NCBI GenBank assembly: GCA_951406725.2
Contig: OX597814.1
Span: 46,562,001-46,626,000 of the forward strand
Reading direction: 5' to 3'
Length of the DNA: 64,000 bases
From: Octopus vulgaris
Taxonomy: Eukaryota
Position numbers and translations under genes: made by a program. The number at the start of each line of letters is the position of its first letter. Position 1 is the stretch's first letter. The notes beneath the pieces are model-generated. The model did not search any database. It was not told the DNA's origin and saw only the letters and a program-made list of their open reading frames with translations. This document shows, piece after piece, positions 1 through 12,962 of this stretch.

Positions 1-407
1 CAGCTGGATGCCCTTCCTAATGCCATCTACTTTACAGAGTGTACTGGGTGTCGTTTTTTTCTGGCACCAGCAATAGTATGGTCACTGAGTCCTTACCAGA
101 CAAGACCCACTCAATTGAGTTGGGTACCGTACTGAAGGAAGTGATAGTATGGTAGAGGAACAAGAAGTTTCTCACTGAAGAGAATACATGGCTTTGCCAG
201 CTGGAGAAAGAGACGTTAAGAAAAATTAATTATTAGATTTTATTTTTTTTTTTAATAAGTTTTCATTTGAATTTTTTGGTCATTTTTCTTTTTTGTTTTT
301 TGTTTATATTTGGCTCACACCCTGTTTTAAATATTTCTCATCAGTATAGTTAGTTTGAAAAATAATACATTTTGTTTTTAATATTTAAAAATTTCTTTTC
401 TTAACAG

Positions 408-525
408 TCGTGGTCTACGTGTTGGTCAGATTAATGGGCCTGACTACTGTCCTCGTCATGGGCGCATGCGAGAATATGATCGGCCAATTGTACAGGAACA
501 TGACTGTGAAGGCTGTTCAAAACCG
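408..525 (+). CDS. Penultimate coding exon of an unidentified membrane-protein gene (5' part outside window)
   Basis: Pyrimidine tract + ttaacag acceptor ends at 407. Open frame RGLRVGQINGPDYCPRHGRMREYDRPIVQEHDCEGCSKP ends at ccg|GCAAGT in phase 0, matching the next exon. An alternative frame ending at 529 (caa|gtatcc) is also open. Confidence 0.7.
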
Positions 526-1358
526 GCAAGTATCCTTTATAATTGATATTATCTCAAAAAATATTTTTCTTTCTAATCCAAACACTTGAAATGATCACCA
601 GTTTCTTGAACAATTTCTTATTCATAAACTATAAATAAGTTTCAATCAATAACATAATCCATCACATGTGACTTAGTCTATTCAGTAATAAACAAGTGGC
701 TTTTTTCCACCTCGTAATTGTAGCTGTAAAAATAATTTTGAGTACATAGTTAGTATATGTTGAAACTATTTTATAGATGTATCTGACATCTTTTTCTGTA
801 ATTACATTGTTATTGTTGCCTCATAGCTCAGTCATCAATAGGAATTGGACAACAACATAAGTTGTTGTTCAATTCCTGTAGCTCCTTTCCATTCATTCCT
901 GATATTTTATTTTCATGAAACATCAGAATTTTTACATGCACCTTATATGGTATGATTTTTGTACTGAGAAAGAAACCTTTTTTTTTTTTGTCACTGCAAC
1001 ATGTTCTTTTATTCTGTCATTTCTTGAAACATAACCAGCAAATTATCATTATATTCATTTCCATCATGAATAATACATTGTGTTACACCATTCTAACACA
1101 ATCTGTTATTTCTATAGCCTTTGGTTCTTGATGTAATTCATTATCTCAGCATTACTATCTCTCTATTACTTGATTCCAGCAAAGCAAAACATGTACCCAC
1201 ACCCAAATAGCTGAAAATTTTATTACCTTACCAGACCTAATTCTGTGCTGAGTTGATAAACTCCAAATAGTCAACACCTTGGTGTAACAACCAAGTCCAC
1301 CCTGTTCCATTCTGGCTGCCACTACACTTCTCATTTACATAGATAAGAATATATATAT

Positions 1359-1562
1359 TTCTTTACTACCCACAAGGGGCTAAACATAGAGGGGACAAAA
1401 ATGGATTAAGTTGATTACATCGACCCAGTGCGAAACTGGTACTTTATTTATCGACCCCGAGAGGATAAAAGGTAAAGTCGACCTCGGTGGAATTTGAACT
1501 CAGAACATAACGACAGACGAAATACGGCTAAGCATTTCGCCCGGCGTGCTAACGTTTCTGCC
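1359..1562 (-). mobile_element. SINE family B (tRNA-like head)
   Basis: Reverse strand ggcagaaacgttagcacgccgggcgaaatgcttag...gagttcaaattcc (B box)...ggggtcgataaataaagtaccagtt. Homologous copies at 20288, 47218, 48556, 55362. Confidence 0.75.
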
Positions 1563-2386
1563 ATAGACATAACTTTCATACAAACTCTGCATTTCTAAGT
1601 ATGCAGTTCCTGATATGATACTGGACCTAAGGGTTACTCCCCAGTATCTAACTACATACTTCATAGCTTTACCTACATGATTTCACAACATCTTCACTAC
1701 TTTAATCATTGACAAACAGAAATATTACACCATTTAGTTCAGATATATAAAAATGTGAAACTAACTTAAAACTGTTATTTTGGATTAATTGCCAATAGAA
1801 TATGGATTCAAATCCTTTCAAATGTGATATTTCATAAGAAAAATATTGCCTCTCTGATTCAGTTCATATCTGTTAAGAAGATACTGAATTCCATTTTATT
1901 GTATTTTAATATAGTTTTAACAAATTTAAAAGATAAAAACTAGTAGTAATATTTGATAGTTAATTAAAAATAAAATATCTTTACAAGTAGTAGCCATATA
2001 CACTCATATATTATCATAATATTCACATATCTTTCTGATACCAATATTTATTATCTTTCTGCTTTGATTCTTTTATGACTTGATGAACTTTTGTATTTTC
2101 ATTTTAGAATCTTTGTTTCCTTCTTTAACATATACTCACTGTGTAGTATTTGCTTACATGCCTATACCAAATAATCCCATCTCATTTGCTCTATAATTCT
2201 TGGCTAAATATTTACCATTTAGCTCTACCCATCTTGTATGTATATATGAATTAGTGATTATCTATAAAAGAAGCAAATGATATGTAAAATTCTACCATAA
2301 CAATAAGGCTGTCATATTTAAGTATAAAAGACAATTTCTATGTAGCAAAAACTATTCTAATTTTTTTTTCTGTTTTTGTTTTCCAG

Positions 2387-2626
2387 GTTGACGCTGATGG
2401 TTTGACATTTGTGGCAGTGTTTATTGTTGCTGCTTTGCTCGGAGGAGTTCTAGTACAATATTCTCACAATGGTGGCTTGGTTGGCAATTTAAAGGCTTGT
2501 CGCAGTCGGACTATCATGTTCACCTTTATGTTGTTGTTACTACTCTATGTCATGTGTTACACAACTATCTGGGTACACATTATGGATCTAAAACGCATTT
2601 ATCCTTGGCGTCAGAAAATCATGTAA
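2387..2626 (+). CDS. Terminal coding exon, two hydrophobic (TM-like) segments
   Basis: Long polypyrimidine tract + ttccag acceptor. VDADGLTFVAVFIVAALLGGVLV...MFTFMLLLLLYVMCYTTIWVHIMDLKRIYPWRQKIM*. Followed by about 2 kb of repeat-poor AT-rich sequence resembling a 3'UTR (AATAAA near 4562). Confidence 0.75.
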   Translation, partial: VDADGLTFVAVFIVAALLGGVLVQYSHNGGLVGNLKACRSRTIMFTFMLLLLLYVMCYTTIWVHIMDLKRIYPWRQKIM

Positions 2627-3739
2627 ATTCACCTCCCTCCCAACTATCCCTTCAATGCAAAAACATCTACCATGATAATTCCAAACTTTACTATTTCCGG
2701 TTTTACATGGAATAATTTTTTGGAATGTGTTATAAACATTCATTTTTTTTTTCTTTTCTTAGGCCTCATTGATGAAGTTTTTCATCTGTGGATTGTATTT
2801 TCCCGTTACAGGGAAAAACGGATATAATTCAATGTCTTCATTTATTTAGGCTTTGATGAGATATTTGAGGAGGACATAAAAGAAAAAATAAAGAAAAGAA
2901 AAGAACTTTCATGGAAAAAAAAATTACAAAAACAATGTTTCCTAATATGGAAACATACTAGAAATGAAAGTAAAGAAATAATTTATTCTTTCATTTTTTT
3001 TTTTTTAACTTGAGAACTCTAGAAAAAATTATTGAAGGTTATATTCATTTTTTTAAAATTAACAACCCCACATTGTAAAGCTTGAATGTTTGATGCATGG
3101 AGATAATCTTCAGTTCAGTTATTCATAAATATCTAGAATAAGAAAAAAAATCTGTCACTGTCTATTTCCATACTACAACGTACAATTCTTCGATACTATT
3201 TTTTTCATTTTGTTTTTATTCTTATAAGTTAACAGATTTTGTCTTGTTATAAACATAAAAGCTAATAAATGCAAGATATTTTTTTAATTCTTAAATCAAC
3301 AATTAATTTTAAAGTCATTATTGCCTTTTCAATATTGTTTAGAATCTGTCATCATAGAAAAGACAAAAGTTCATTTCAAAGGTATCTCCTTTCCCTGATT
3401 ACCTTTTAAATACTTAAATACTTCTTTCAAAAATCTGTTGAAAATTGATAACTTTTGTGATATTGTCCCATTTATCTTGGACTTCATAAAAGTTTAGTTT
3501 TGTAAACTACATGACTTACATTGACAACTTGCCAATGCTGTTGCCACCTGTGCAATAGACGCTTGCAGTTTCACTTTCAAGTTAGTAGCTTGCTTCCCCT
3601 GTCTTCAAAGAACACTTAGTTGACTTTTATTTTGTATTAGGTAAAAAAAAATGTCCACTGTGTAGTTTAAACAGTCAATAGTCCATTGTAACAATAATAC
3701 TTGCCCCTCTTTCTTCCATTCTCTCTCTCTCTCTCTCAC

Positions 3740-3770
<31 letters not shown>

Positions 3771-5924
3771 TAAGTAGGAAAAAAATTTACAATGCTGAAA
3801 CTGTATGTAAGCAAAATTAGTTAAATAAACTTTTAAAGTTATATGTAAAATCTTTATGTTCAATATTTGAAATATAAAAAAGCTAATGCTTGCTTCCTTT
3901 TATTTTGACATCTTATATTGCTTGAATGATTTATTTTTTACAAAAAAATGTTATTCTCCTAAATAATACAAATATTTATAGAATATAGCAGTTTGCAGCC
4001 AAGTAAACTGCTACAATTATATGAACAAAAAGCTGGTGTGACTTTGAATTATTTCAAAATTTCTCTTTTTAATAGTAATTTTCTGTTAATATTAAGATCT
4101 AAAGCTAAATATCATTTGGGTTTTGTATGTGCCAACTATTATTGTCTTGTAGTAAATTGGTTACAAATATTTTCATTTATATGTTTATTCATTAAATTAT
4201 ATTTCAAACTTATAGGTGCCAAATGAATTAAAGACACTTAGAATTTTTTTTAACAATATTTCAAACTTTATTTTCTAATCATTTTCTCATTTCACCAGTC
4301 AACAAATGAAAATCTTGAAAAACAGTTGTTCATTATCAGAATTTATACTGTACAGATAGTGTTAAATTATAAATATCTTATTTTATTAGAACTTTAGTAT
4401 AATGCATAATTAAATTGCTTCTTTTTTTTTGTTTAATATAATTCACTTCAAAACACACTTCTTTTTGACAGGAATAGATTGCATGGAGCAAAATACTGCT
4501 CACATTTAAATATCAATGATCTCTATGACCAGCCCAATGCATATATGTTGAAATTTTAAATAATAAAAATATTTTTTAGAATTACTGAGAAAATTTCGTT
4601 ATACTGGAAATTGAAACTTGTAATAATGTGAAATAGACAAAGCAAGAAAGAAAAACTGTCTTAGAACATAATCTTCTGCATACAGGCTTCATCTATATGC
4701 AACCTAGATACCTCACATCAAACCAGTACTGTATTCTCCAACAGCAACAAGTCAATTGTGTCTCCTTTAACAGCACAAATATTCAGTCACTACACATTTC
4801 AAGGAAACAGTTTTGTGCACCACACCCCTCTAGTCTTGGCCAACACCAAATCTTCACAACCACCTTTGATGCTCTCTCTCTTGGTGATTTCACATTTATA
4901 ACAAGTAAAAATCTATGTACCAAAGACTATCCTTTTTCAAGGCTAGAAAATACTTCATCTCCAAATGATCGCTGACTCTCTACAAAGTACAAGTGAAACC
5001 CACAGTGGAATATTACTTCTACATTTAAGACAGTACTATTGCTTTATGTAAAAACTTCTGAACTACAACCTAAAAGAAGTTGACTGATTGGCAAGGAATC
5101 ACTCACCAATATACTTGAGCCTCAAGTCCACAGATTTATGTCTCCTCACTCTACTATCAAGACTCCAGCCAAGCCCTCAAGATACTTCCATCACTCTTCT
5201 TTTCATCACCCATATTATGTTTCCCTATCCAGACTCCATATTAAATCTAAATAAACATTATACCCAATTCTTCCAGCTCTGAAGATCAATCCTCTCAAAT
5301 TCCTTTCTTTACCATATTTTTCCTGTCTTCAATGCCTGATACCCATTCAAGCAGAATACCTCCCCCTAGTCCAGAGGATGTACAAAGGTCATATACACAG
5401 TTCATTAGTCTTGATTAAATCATTTAAGAAAAAATGTGTTTTGATATCTTTGCATGTTTGAAGATATGATTTATATGTGTGTTTGCACATGTACACACAC
5501 ACGCGCACACACACACACACACACACACACTTATACATATAACTATTTAATGTCCACTTTTCCATGCTTACATGAGTCAGACAAAATTTGTTGAAGCAGA
5601 TTTTCTACAGTCGGATGCCCTTCCTGTATGTGTGTATGTGGAAGAGGTAGACCAAGGAAGACCTGGGACAAAGTTGATATTGAACCTCTCAGAGGAGATG
5701 ATGGTGGACTGAGGTGAATGGTGTTATGCTGTGCTTGAGATCTGACTATCTCAGTAGAATTGAGTTCTGTCAAGTCTTCCTCCACAACTCATCTATTTTC
5801 TTCACTTCATATTACATTGAACTTCTGCATCCTACTCTTTCCTTATCTCTAATCATCTGTCACACTATTTTCACTCTGCATTTCTTATTCTGCCCCATAT
5901 TCATGTTCACTCTCTCTCTCCCCC

Positions 5925-5962
<38 letters not shown>

Positions 5963-6039
5963 CAGGTAGGCAAGCCATGTATTCACCTCTTCAGCAAACA
6001 CCTGCTCTTCTCTCTCTATCATAGTTTCTTTCCCTAGTC

Positions 6040-6275
6040 TGTATTCCACTCGGTCTTGCTAGTTACTTGGTAACCTCACTAGTGCTGGTGCCACATAAAA
6101 AGCAGCCAATACTCTCAGTTAAATGGTTGTCATTAGGAAGGGCACCCAGATATAGAAACCATGCCAAAGCAGACATAGAACCTGGCAGAACTCTCTAGCT
6201 CATCTGTTCTTGTCAAACTGTCCAACTCCTGTCAGCATGGGAAAAGGGACATTAAATGATGATGATGATGATGAT
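6040..6275 (+). mobile_element. RTE-type LINE 3'-end fragment with (GAT)n tail
   Basis: ttaggaagggca...agcatgg...ttaaatgatgatgatg, the same tail as the RTE at 37441-39238. Confidence 0.6.
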
Positions 6276-7228
6276 CTCTTCTCAATTTCTATGTACCATT
6301 TCCATTCACAAATGCATTGTTTAGCATGAGTTATAGTAGAAGATACTTGCCCAAGGTGTCGCTCAATGGGACCAATCCAAACCTAAAACCATGTTGTGAA
6401 AGGAGAACAGATGAGAAATAGCAAAAATGATGAATAATGCTGGAATGAGAATGATGTATACCAATACCTATATACATACATATATGCACACATGCATATG
6501 ACCAAAATGACGGATAGCAGACATGAAATAAGGCGAATCTAAGTGTGAGAGAGTAGGGAGAAAATAGAAATAGCTAGGTTAAGAGGATGATAGAAGAGAG
6601 AGAGAGAGAAAGGGAGTATTGGGGAGGAAACAGTGATTGTGGGAGTATTTGAAGAGGGAGTCAGTGATAGGCAGTTATATGTTGGTTGTTGGTAAAGAAA
6701 TTGACTAAAAATAGCATGGTTAATGTGATGAGAGAAGACAGAGTGATAGGAGTGAGATAGGATAATAGACGTGCAAGAGAGAATTATGTCTGTCAACAAT
6801 GAGTGATAGAGGAGGACGAATATAAGAGAGGATGACAAGAAAGAAAGTGAAGGATATCAATAAAGATGAGTGCTGGAAAGAGAGAGAGGGGAATTAATAC
6901 CAATTAAGAATGATTGGCTAACAAAGGAGAAAGTAATGTAAGAGAAGATGATGGCCAGCAATAAACAAAGATGATGATAAGAGTACTGGATGTGGACAAA
7001 TTCAATGCCATCCTTCATTAGACAGCTAGTGTGATGATAGAGTGATATAATGATGGTGAGGAGGAATTGACACATGCAGATATAATGCTGTTCCTCATAA
7101 AACTTTGGTGAGAAACTGGATGTGAGATATTGTGTTGTTGAAGATTTCTTTTGGATTTTGGCAGCATAATTAGAATGAGAAAGCTTCAAATGATTAAAAC
7201 TGTATCGCAATATCAAAATTTCTGAAAG

Positions 7229-8440
7229 AGGAGTGGCTGTGTGGTAAGTAGCTTGCTTACCAACCACATGGTTCCGGGTTCAGTCCCACTGCGTGGCACC
7301 TTGGGCAAGTGTCTTCTATTGTAGCCTTGGGCTGACCAAAGCCTTGTGAGTGGATTTGGTAGACGGAAACTGAAAGAAGTCCGTCGTATATATGTGTATA
7401 CAAATCAAAATAGATGAACATTAATGGAATTGTATCTTTGTGGTACCAGTGCCGGTGGCACACAAGAAAACCATCCGAACGTGGCCGTAGCCAGTACCGC
7501 ACCGACTGGCCTCCGTGCTGTGGGCACGTAACAAACACCATCCGATCGTGGCCGTTCGCCAGCCTCATCTGGCACCTGTGTCGGTGGCACATAAAAACAC
7601 CATCCGAAGACCCGGCAAGACTAGTCAGGCCATAACCTGTGGCCCCTACCTGGGACGTAGTCAGTCCACCTGTGCATACCTTCCTTCTTGTGACACTTGT
7701 GAAGACCTGTTGAGGCAAGTGAAAATCAAAACAAATCAAAATAGATGAACATCAATGGAATTTGTATCTTTGTGGTACCAGTGCCGGTGGCACGTGGCAC
7801 ACAAGAAAACCATCCGAACGTGGCCGTAGCCAGTACTGCATCGACTGGCCTCCGTGCTGTGGGCACGTAACAAACACCATCCGATCGTGGCCGTTTGCCA
7901 GCCTCATCTGGCACCTGTGTCGGTGGCACATAAAAACACCATCTGAGCGTGGCCGTCTGCCAGCCTCGTCTGGCACCTGTGTCGGTGGCACATAAAAAAC
8001 ACCATCCGAGCGTGGCCGTTTGCCAGCCTCGTCTGGCACCTGTGTCGGTGGCACATAAAATCACCCACTACACTCTCGGAGTGGTTGGCGTTAGGAAGGG
8101 CATCCAGCTGTAGAAACACTGCCAGATCTGACTGGACTGGTGCAGCTTTCGGGCTCCCCAGACCCCAGTTGAACCGTCCAACCCATGCTAGCATGGAAAG
8201 CGGACGTTAAATGATGATGATGATGATATGCGTGTGTGTGTGTGTTTGTCCCCCTAGCATTGCTTGACAACCGATGCTGGTGTGTTTATGTCCCCGTTAC
8301 TTAGTGGTTCGGCAAAAGAGACCGATAGAATAAGTACTGGGCTTACAAAAGAATAAGTCCCGGGGTCGATTTGCTCGATTAAAGGTGGTGCTCCAGCATG
8401 GCCGCAGTCAAAATGACTAAAACAAGTAAAAGAGCAAAAG
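7229..8440 (+). mobile_element. SINE family A interrupted by an RTE 3'UTR segment (about 7401-8227)
   Basis: Head ggagtggctgtgtggtaag (A box)...ggttcagtcc (B box); tail ...aacaagtaaaagag. The insert lies in the central (TA/TG)n tract and ends in (GAT)n. Confidence 0.8.
7401..8062 (+). repeat. About 331-bp direct duplication plus about 60-bp GC-rich tandem units in an RTE 3'UTR
   Basis: caaatcaaaatagatgaaca at 7401 and 7732. Repeated unit caccatccgagcgtggccgtttgccagcctcgtctggcacctgtgtcggtggcacataaaaa. Confidence 0.8.
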
Positions 8441-8700
8441 ATTATCTCTTGCATTATGGTGTCTGCCACCTTTATATATGTGTGTGTATGTTTTATAATT
8501 CCTTGAGTTCTTTCTGTAATGAGGGGGTTGGTTTCAAACAAAATGACAAACCTCAGTCATAGGAATTTAAACATGCTAAACTTTAGAAAATGCTTGCATA
8601 TCATTGAAAGAGGTTGTTGAATGAAGAGAATGCTTGGGCATGAAACTAGCCCAAGTAGACTCATCAGTGGGATCAGCTATACAGTCAAATTAGCCATTAA

Positions 8701-9807
8701 CCCTTTCGTTACTATATTTCTGACCAAAATACACCCCTCATGAGTTTCAATTAAATTCTAAAATAATCATGAATCTAGGCTTGTTTCATTAAATAACTGT
8801 AACTTTTTTACTTATCAACATATTTAATGTGATATTTGGAACAGAATTAAAGAAAGGGTTCTTAATCAATTCTGTTGCATAACTTTTGTTTCAAAGTGAC
8901 TTTAATTACAGGTAAATTCAGGTAAATTGAGCAAAAGGTAAAAATATTAAAATTTTAAATTGAGCAAAAGGTAAAAATATTAAAATTTTAAATTGAGCAA
9001 AAGGTAAAAATATTAAAATTTTGTTTAAACATCACCATAGAAAATGAATCATCAGCTAATATTCAGATGGGTATGCAACAAAATTTTGATAAAGAAGAAT
9101 TGTGCACATCATTATATCATCAGTTGAATTTAATGCACAACGGGTGTACCATAAAGGTGGAATAAAGTGAAATACTGGAATCCACCGTAAGTTTGACCGA
9201 ACTAAAGAAATCAGTCAAAAAATAATATACGGCCCTGGTTATGGTATGGAAGTGATAAATTCCAGACCACATCGTTCCCTAGGCCATGCTGACTAACATT
9301 ATTTTCCCTGTATAAAAACTAAATCCACGCAGTACCCAGTATTTGCTTCACAAATTTTCCAAAATTTGAACCCCCATTTTGTGTTTGTTTACATTCTGCG
9401 TAAGTTTGTTTCCGCATTGATCGCTTCAAACAATAACTTCCAGACCACATCATACCCTAAGTCATGCTGACTAACATTAGTTTCCCTGTATAAAAACTAA
9501 ATCCACAACAGTACCCAGTATTTGCTTCACAAATTTTCCAATTCAGAATCAATGCTTGATAACATGAAACTCCTATCCATTTTCAAAGTTGAAGAAAAAT
9601 CGATGCCGAAAAAAATGTGGAAAAAAATCTCCCAAAATTCAGGGAATTAAAATTACACGTCGATCGTTGTACAAAACTGTAGATGAACTGTTTACGAAGT
9701 ATAATCACCTGTTTTCACGAATGTACTAAAGATATTTGCTCTGATATTCTCATTTAAATATGAATAGGTAAATATGGGTGGCTTTGGGCGGTTTGGTAAC
9801 GAAAGGG
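8701..9807. mobile_element. Non-autonomous piggyBac-type element
   Basis: TTAA at 8697-8700 and 9808-9811; TIR ccctttcgttac/gtaacgaaaggg. Internal 33-bp x3 tandem (8924-9022) and about 100-bp direct repeat (9259/9438). Confidence 0.85.
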
Positions 9808-11214
9808 TTAAGAATATTAATAGAAGAAAAGCAGCTGAAAATATATAGCAAATTAGGATATGCACTAGTTATTTGCATAGGCAATTTAGGTTATACAGAA
9901 AGGATCAGACCTTAATGGCTGGAGTACAGAAATATTATCAATTGTTACAAGGGTGATTAGGAAGAAAATTAACTTACCTGTGATGCAGTTTGGGTCTGTG
10001 AGTCTATTGATGCTTTCATTATAGTGAGACTGCAAAAGTTCTTAGTAAAAAGCAAACCACAATAACTATCATCTGTCGATTAGGAAATGCCCTTTCTGTT
10101 ACTTTCAAAACTTTGTCTATCAATTCAGTGCTGTTGTTTTTGCCTTTTCTAGAGCATCTCCTTTGTCTTAGTAACAGCTGATACTTAAATTTTGTACATT
10201 CATTCTTTCAACTGCTTGGAGGGCTCCCTAGAAGTCAATAGTCTTTACTACCTAGGCAACAAAATTAACAATGGAGTATGGTGTTCCAGAAGTATAGTTG
10301 TCAGAGCAACAATGCAGCGGAAAAAGTTCCTTCTAGTTGGACTATTTTGTTCTTCTTTATGCATCAATACTAAGAATATTTACTTTGAAAGAATTGGCAG
10401 TAATGTTGCATTAAAGACAAATGTACATTGGGAACTAGGGGTGAGCAAATTGACCATTTGATCTCTTAAATTAGCTTTCAATATTGCACATTAATTCCTA
10501 AGGATACTGCATACCCAACATTTTGGAATAGTTTATGGATTTCATGTCTATATGAATCTAATTTCAAAACGTTTTTTGCTTTTGATGAAGATTCAAACTA
10601 AAGGCTTCCCCAAATTAACTGTAAGCAATCTTACATATCTATCAACAGTTTTACAATCTGTAATAGCAAGATCTTAATGGTAACTTAGTAAAATTTTAAC
10701 AACCAACTAGGTAATCTACTAAAATTTTAACCACTAGTTCTGTATCAAAATTCCAAATTTAGTAATACAATATCAGTAGCCATTAAAAATGCTTGAGATA
10801 CTGAATATTAGCATACCTAATTATGATAGACTTTTATTATTGAATACAATTACCTTATTTTTAATATAAACATATATACTGAAATGGTGATTGGTTGTAG
10901 CTTTATAGTGATGAATGTTTGAAATGAAATTGTAATGGAAATCTAAACAGAGAACAGCAAATAAATAACTGTTAAAGCAAAGTAGTTTTATATTCTAAAA
11001 AGAAATAAAGATTATATTTTTGATTTAAGAAAGCAAATCATTGATGTAAATAAACAGTTCAAGAATGTAGCATCACCTCCACTCAGTTTCTTTCAAGTAA
11101 CTAATATACACCTCTTCTACTCTAACAATATTGATCCACTTCAATTTTTTTATTAACATGAAACCAAAAGGACTTGATATTTTGTGAGTGCATGAGAGCT
11201 AGCAGGGTTAATCA

Positions 11215-11565
11215 TACAAGGTGTGTTCAAAATGTATCCAACCTTTGGGTATAAAAAAATAATTTTGTACATTTCATAAATTTTATTTCATCACCTTCAA
11301 AATGCTCCCCTTGGGAGTTCGTGCATTTCTCTCAACAGTTTTGCCATTGCTGGTAACACCTGGAATGCTATGGAGCTCCACCATCACTTTTCTCATAATT
11401 TCTTCTCACGCCTCAAATTGCTCCCATTTCAATATGATTTTCAGTTTTGGGGAAGAACCAGACACTGAGCCAAATCAGGAGAATAGGGAGCCTGTCAAAC
11501 AAGTAGTGTTGTTTTTTTTATCAGGAAAGCTTGAATTGTGAGGTGTGTTCAAAAAGTATTCAACA
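11215..11565. mobile_element. Highly decayed mariner-like remnant
   Basis: tacaaggtgtgttcaaaatgtatcc TIR-like start, repeated near 11540. No intact ORF. Confidence 0.35.
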
Positions 11566-11916
11566 TTAGATTTTTATCATCATTCTCCACATGCACATAC
11601 TTTGTTATTATTTATTTCAGTAATAATTTCCAAAAGGCTGTGTAGATTACTTGGAAAATGGTGATAGCCTGCATCATAAAAATTAGTCTATAAATTTTAA
11701 CAGAACGGGTAATTTATTTGCCAAGTGGTGTGCAGAATATATTGTTTTAATGTATTTGTTTTTTGTTGTAAGAGTGAGATAATGGAAGTAAAAAAAAAAA
11801 ACTGAAGTTGAAGAATTGATTTGGAGATGGGTAGCAATGCAACAAGAAAGGTGTAGGGCAAGAAACCAAAGAGGAGAGCTGAAGGAGAAGGTTCAGAAAG
11901 TTAGTTTTGTAAATAT

Positions 11917-12962
11917 TGTTACGACCGTCACTCAACTCAACTCAGGACCCTAAGTCGGCGACGACGACTACGCTCAGTCAAACGGAAATCCACCACAGAA
12001 AGCGGGGGTGGGCAGCGAACGCAAACCAGTAACCGGAGATGATGACAACAACAAAGGAGAGAGACAGTGGAGGTAACGTACAATTTAACATCAATTTATA
12101 TAATTCACAACGTCAATAGAAACATTTCAAATACATCTAACTACAAGGTTAACATACATTTAACAATTTATAACTTTACAAAATCAATCAAACGTAATAC
12201 AGAGTTAAAAACAATCAATATCATTTAGCAAAATGACAACGTCCGAATTTTCTACACAAATCAATTGGTTGACATGCAACACAATACAGAATAACAACAA
12301 ATAGTCTTTCTCTTTTCTTTTCTCTTCTTTCTTTTCTTACACAGAGAGTTTGTTCTCAAAGATTCCTCTTTCTTTTAGAAACACAAAAAGTTCTTAGTTT
12401 CCTTTTCAACAGATTACAAGTTCTTTTTTTTTCCTTTTCTTTTTTTTTTTACAGTTTATGTCACAGAGTCTCTTTTTCAAACATCATAATTCAAATCACA
12501 AATAAAAACACAAATCAAAACATAAACAACAATACCGAATGTTTCTGAACCCACTATAGTAGTCCAGCTTCTTCGCGTGTCTCTCTCTGCCCCTTCGCTG
12601 TCATCTTCTTTTCTACCTCTCGCCTGTCAATTCCCAATATTCTCTGCCTGTCTTCCTTGCCTCTTGCCACTATCATCTCCTCGCTGGCTGTCTGCATCGA
12701 CTCGCTGTCCCAACCGAACTCTTTTCTGGCCCTTCGCTGTCTGCTGCTTTAACACCAGTTCATCGCATTTTCAAGGGTGACATTTCAATTTTTTTTTATA
12801 ACCTTTCCCTGACCGTGGAGATCAGAGGTTAGTCCCAAAAACTCATTAATTTTAACCGTTGCCATTGACAAGACAAAGAACACATTTTTTTTCCCCGCCG
12901 GTTCAACTCCAGCCAACGGAACTAGGGCATAACGTTTTCCCGTTTATTCCACCTCCGTAACA
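11917..12962. mobile_element. Probable solo LTR (Gypsy-like)
   Basis: Termini TGTTACG...CGTAACA (TG..CA, 7-bp inverted). Flanks atat/ctat form a near 4-bp TSD. CpG-retaining and non-coding. Confidence 0.6.

Noticed and set aside
6539-7267. Minus-strand ORFs of 99 and 136 aa
   Set aside because: Low-complexity purine/pyrimidine-biased sequence with no domain similarity that I recognise.
7405-8194. Overlapping ORFs with repeated peptides; superficially CRISPR-like repeats
   Set aside because: Tandem units of an RTE 3'UTR with no unique spacers and no cas genes; eukaryotic context.
9973-10190. Strong minus-strand donor (cag|gtaag) suggesting an exon
   Set aside because: All frames upstream of the donor contain stops and no partner exons were found.
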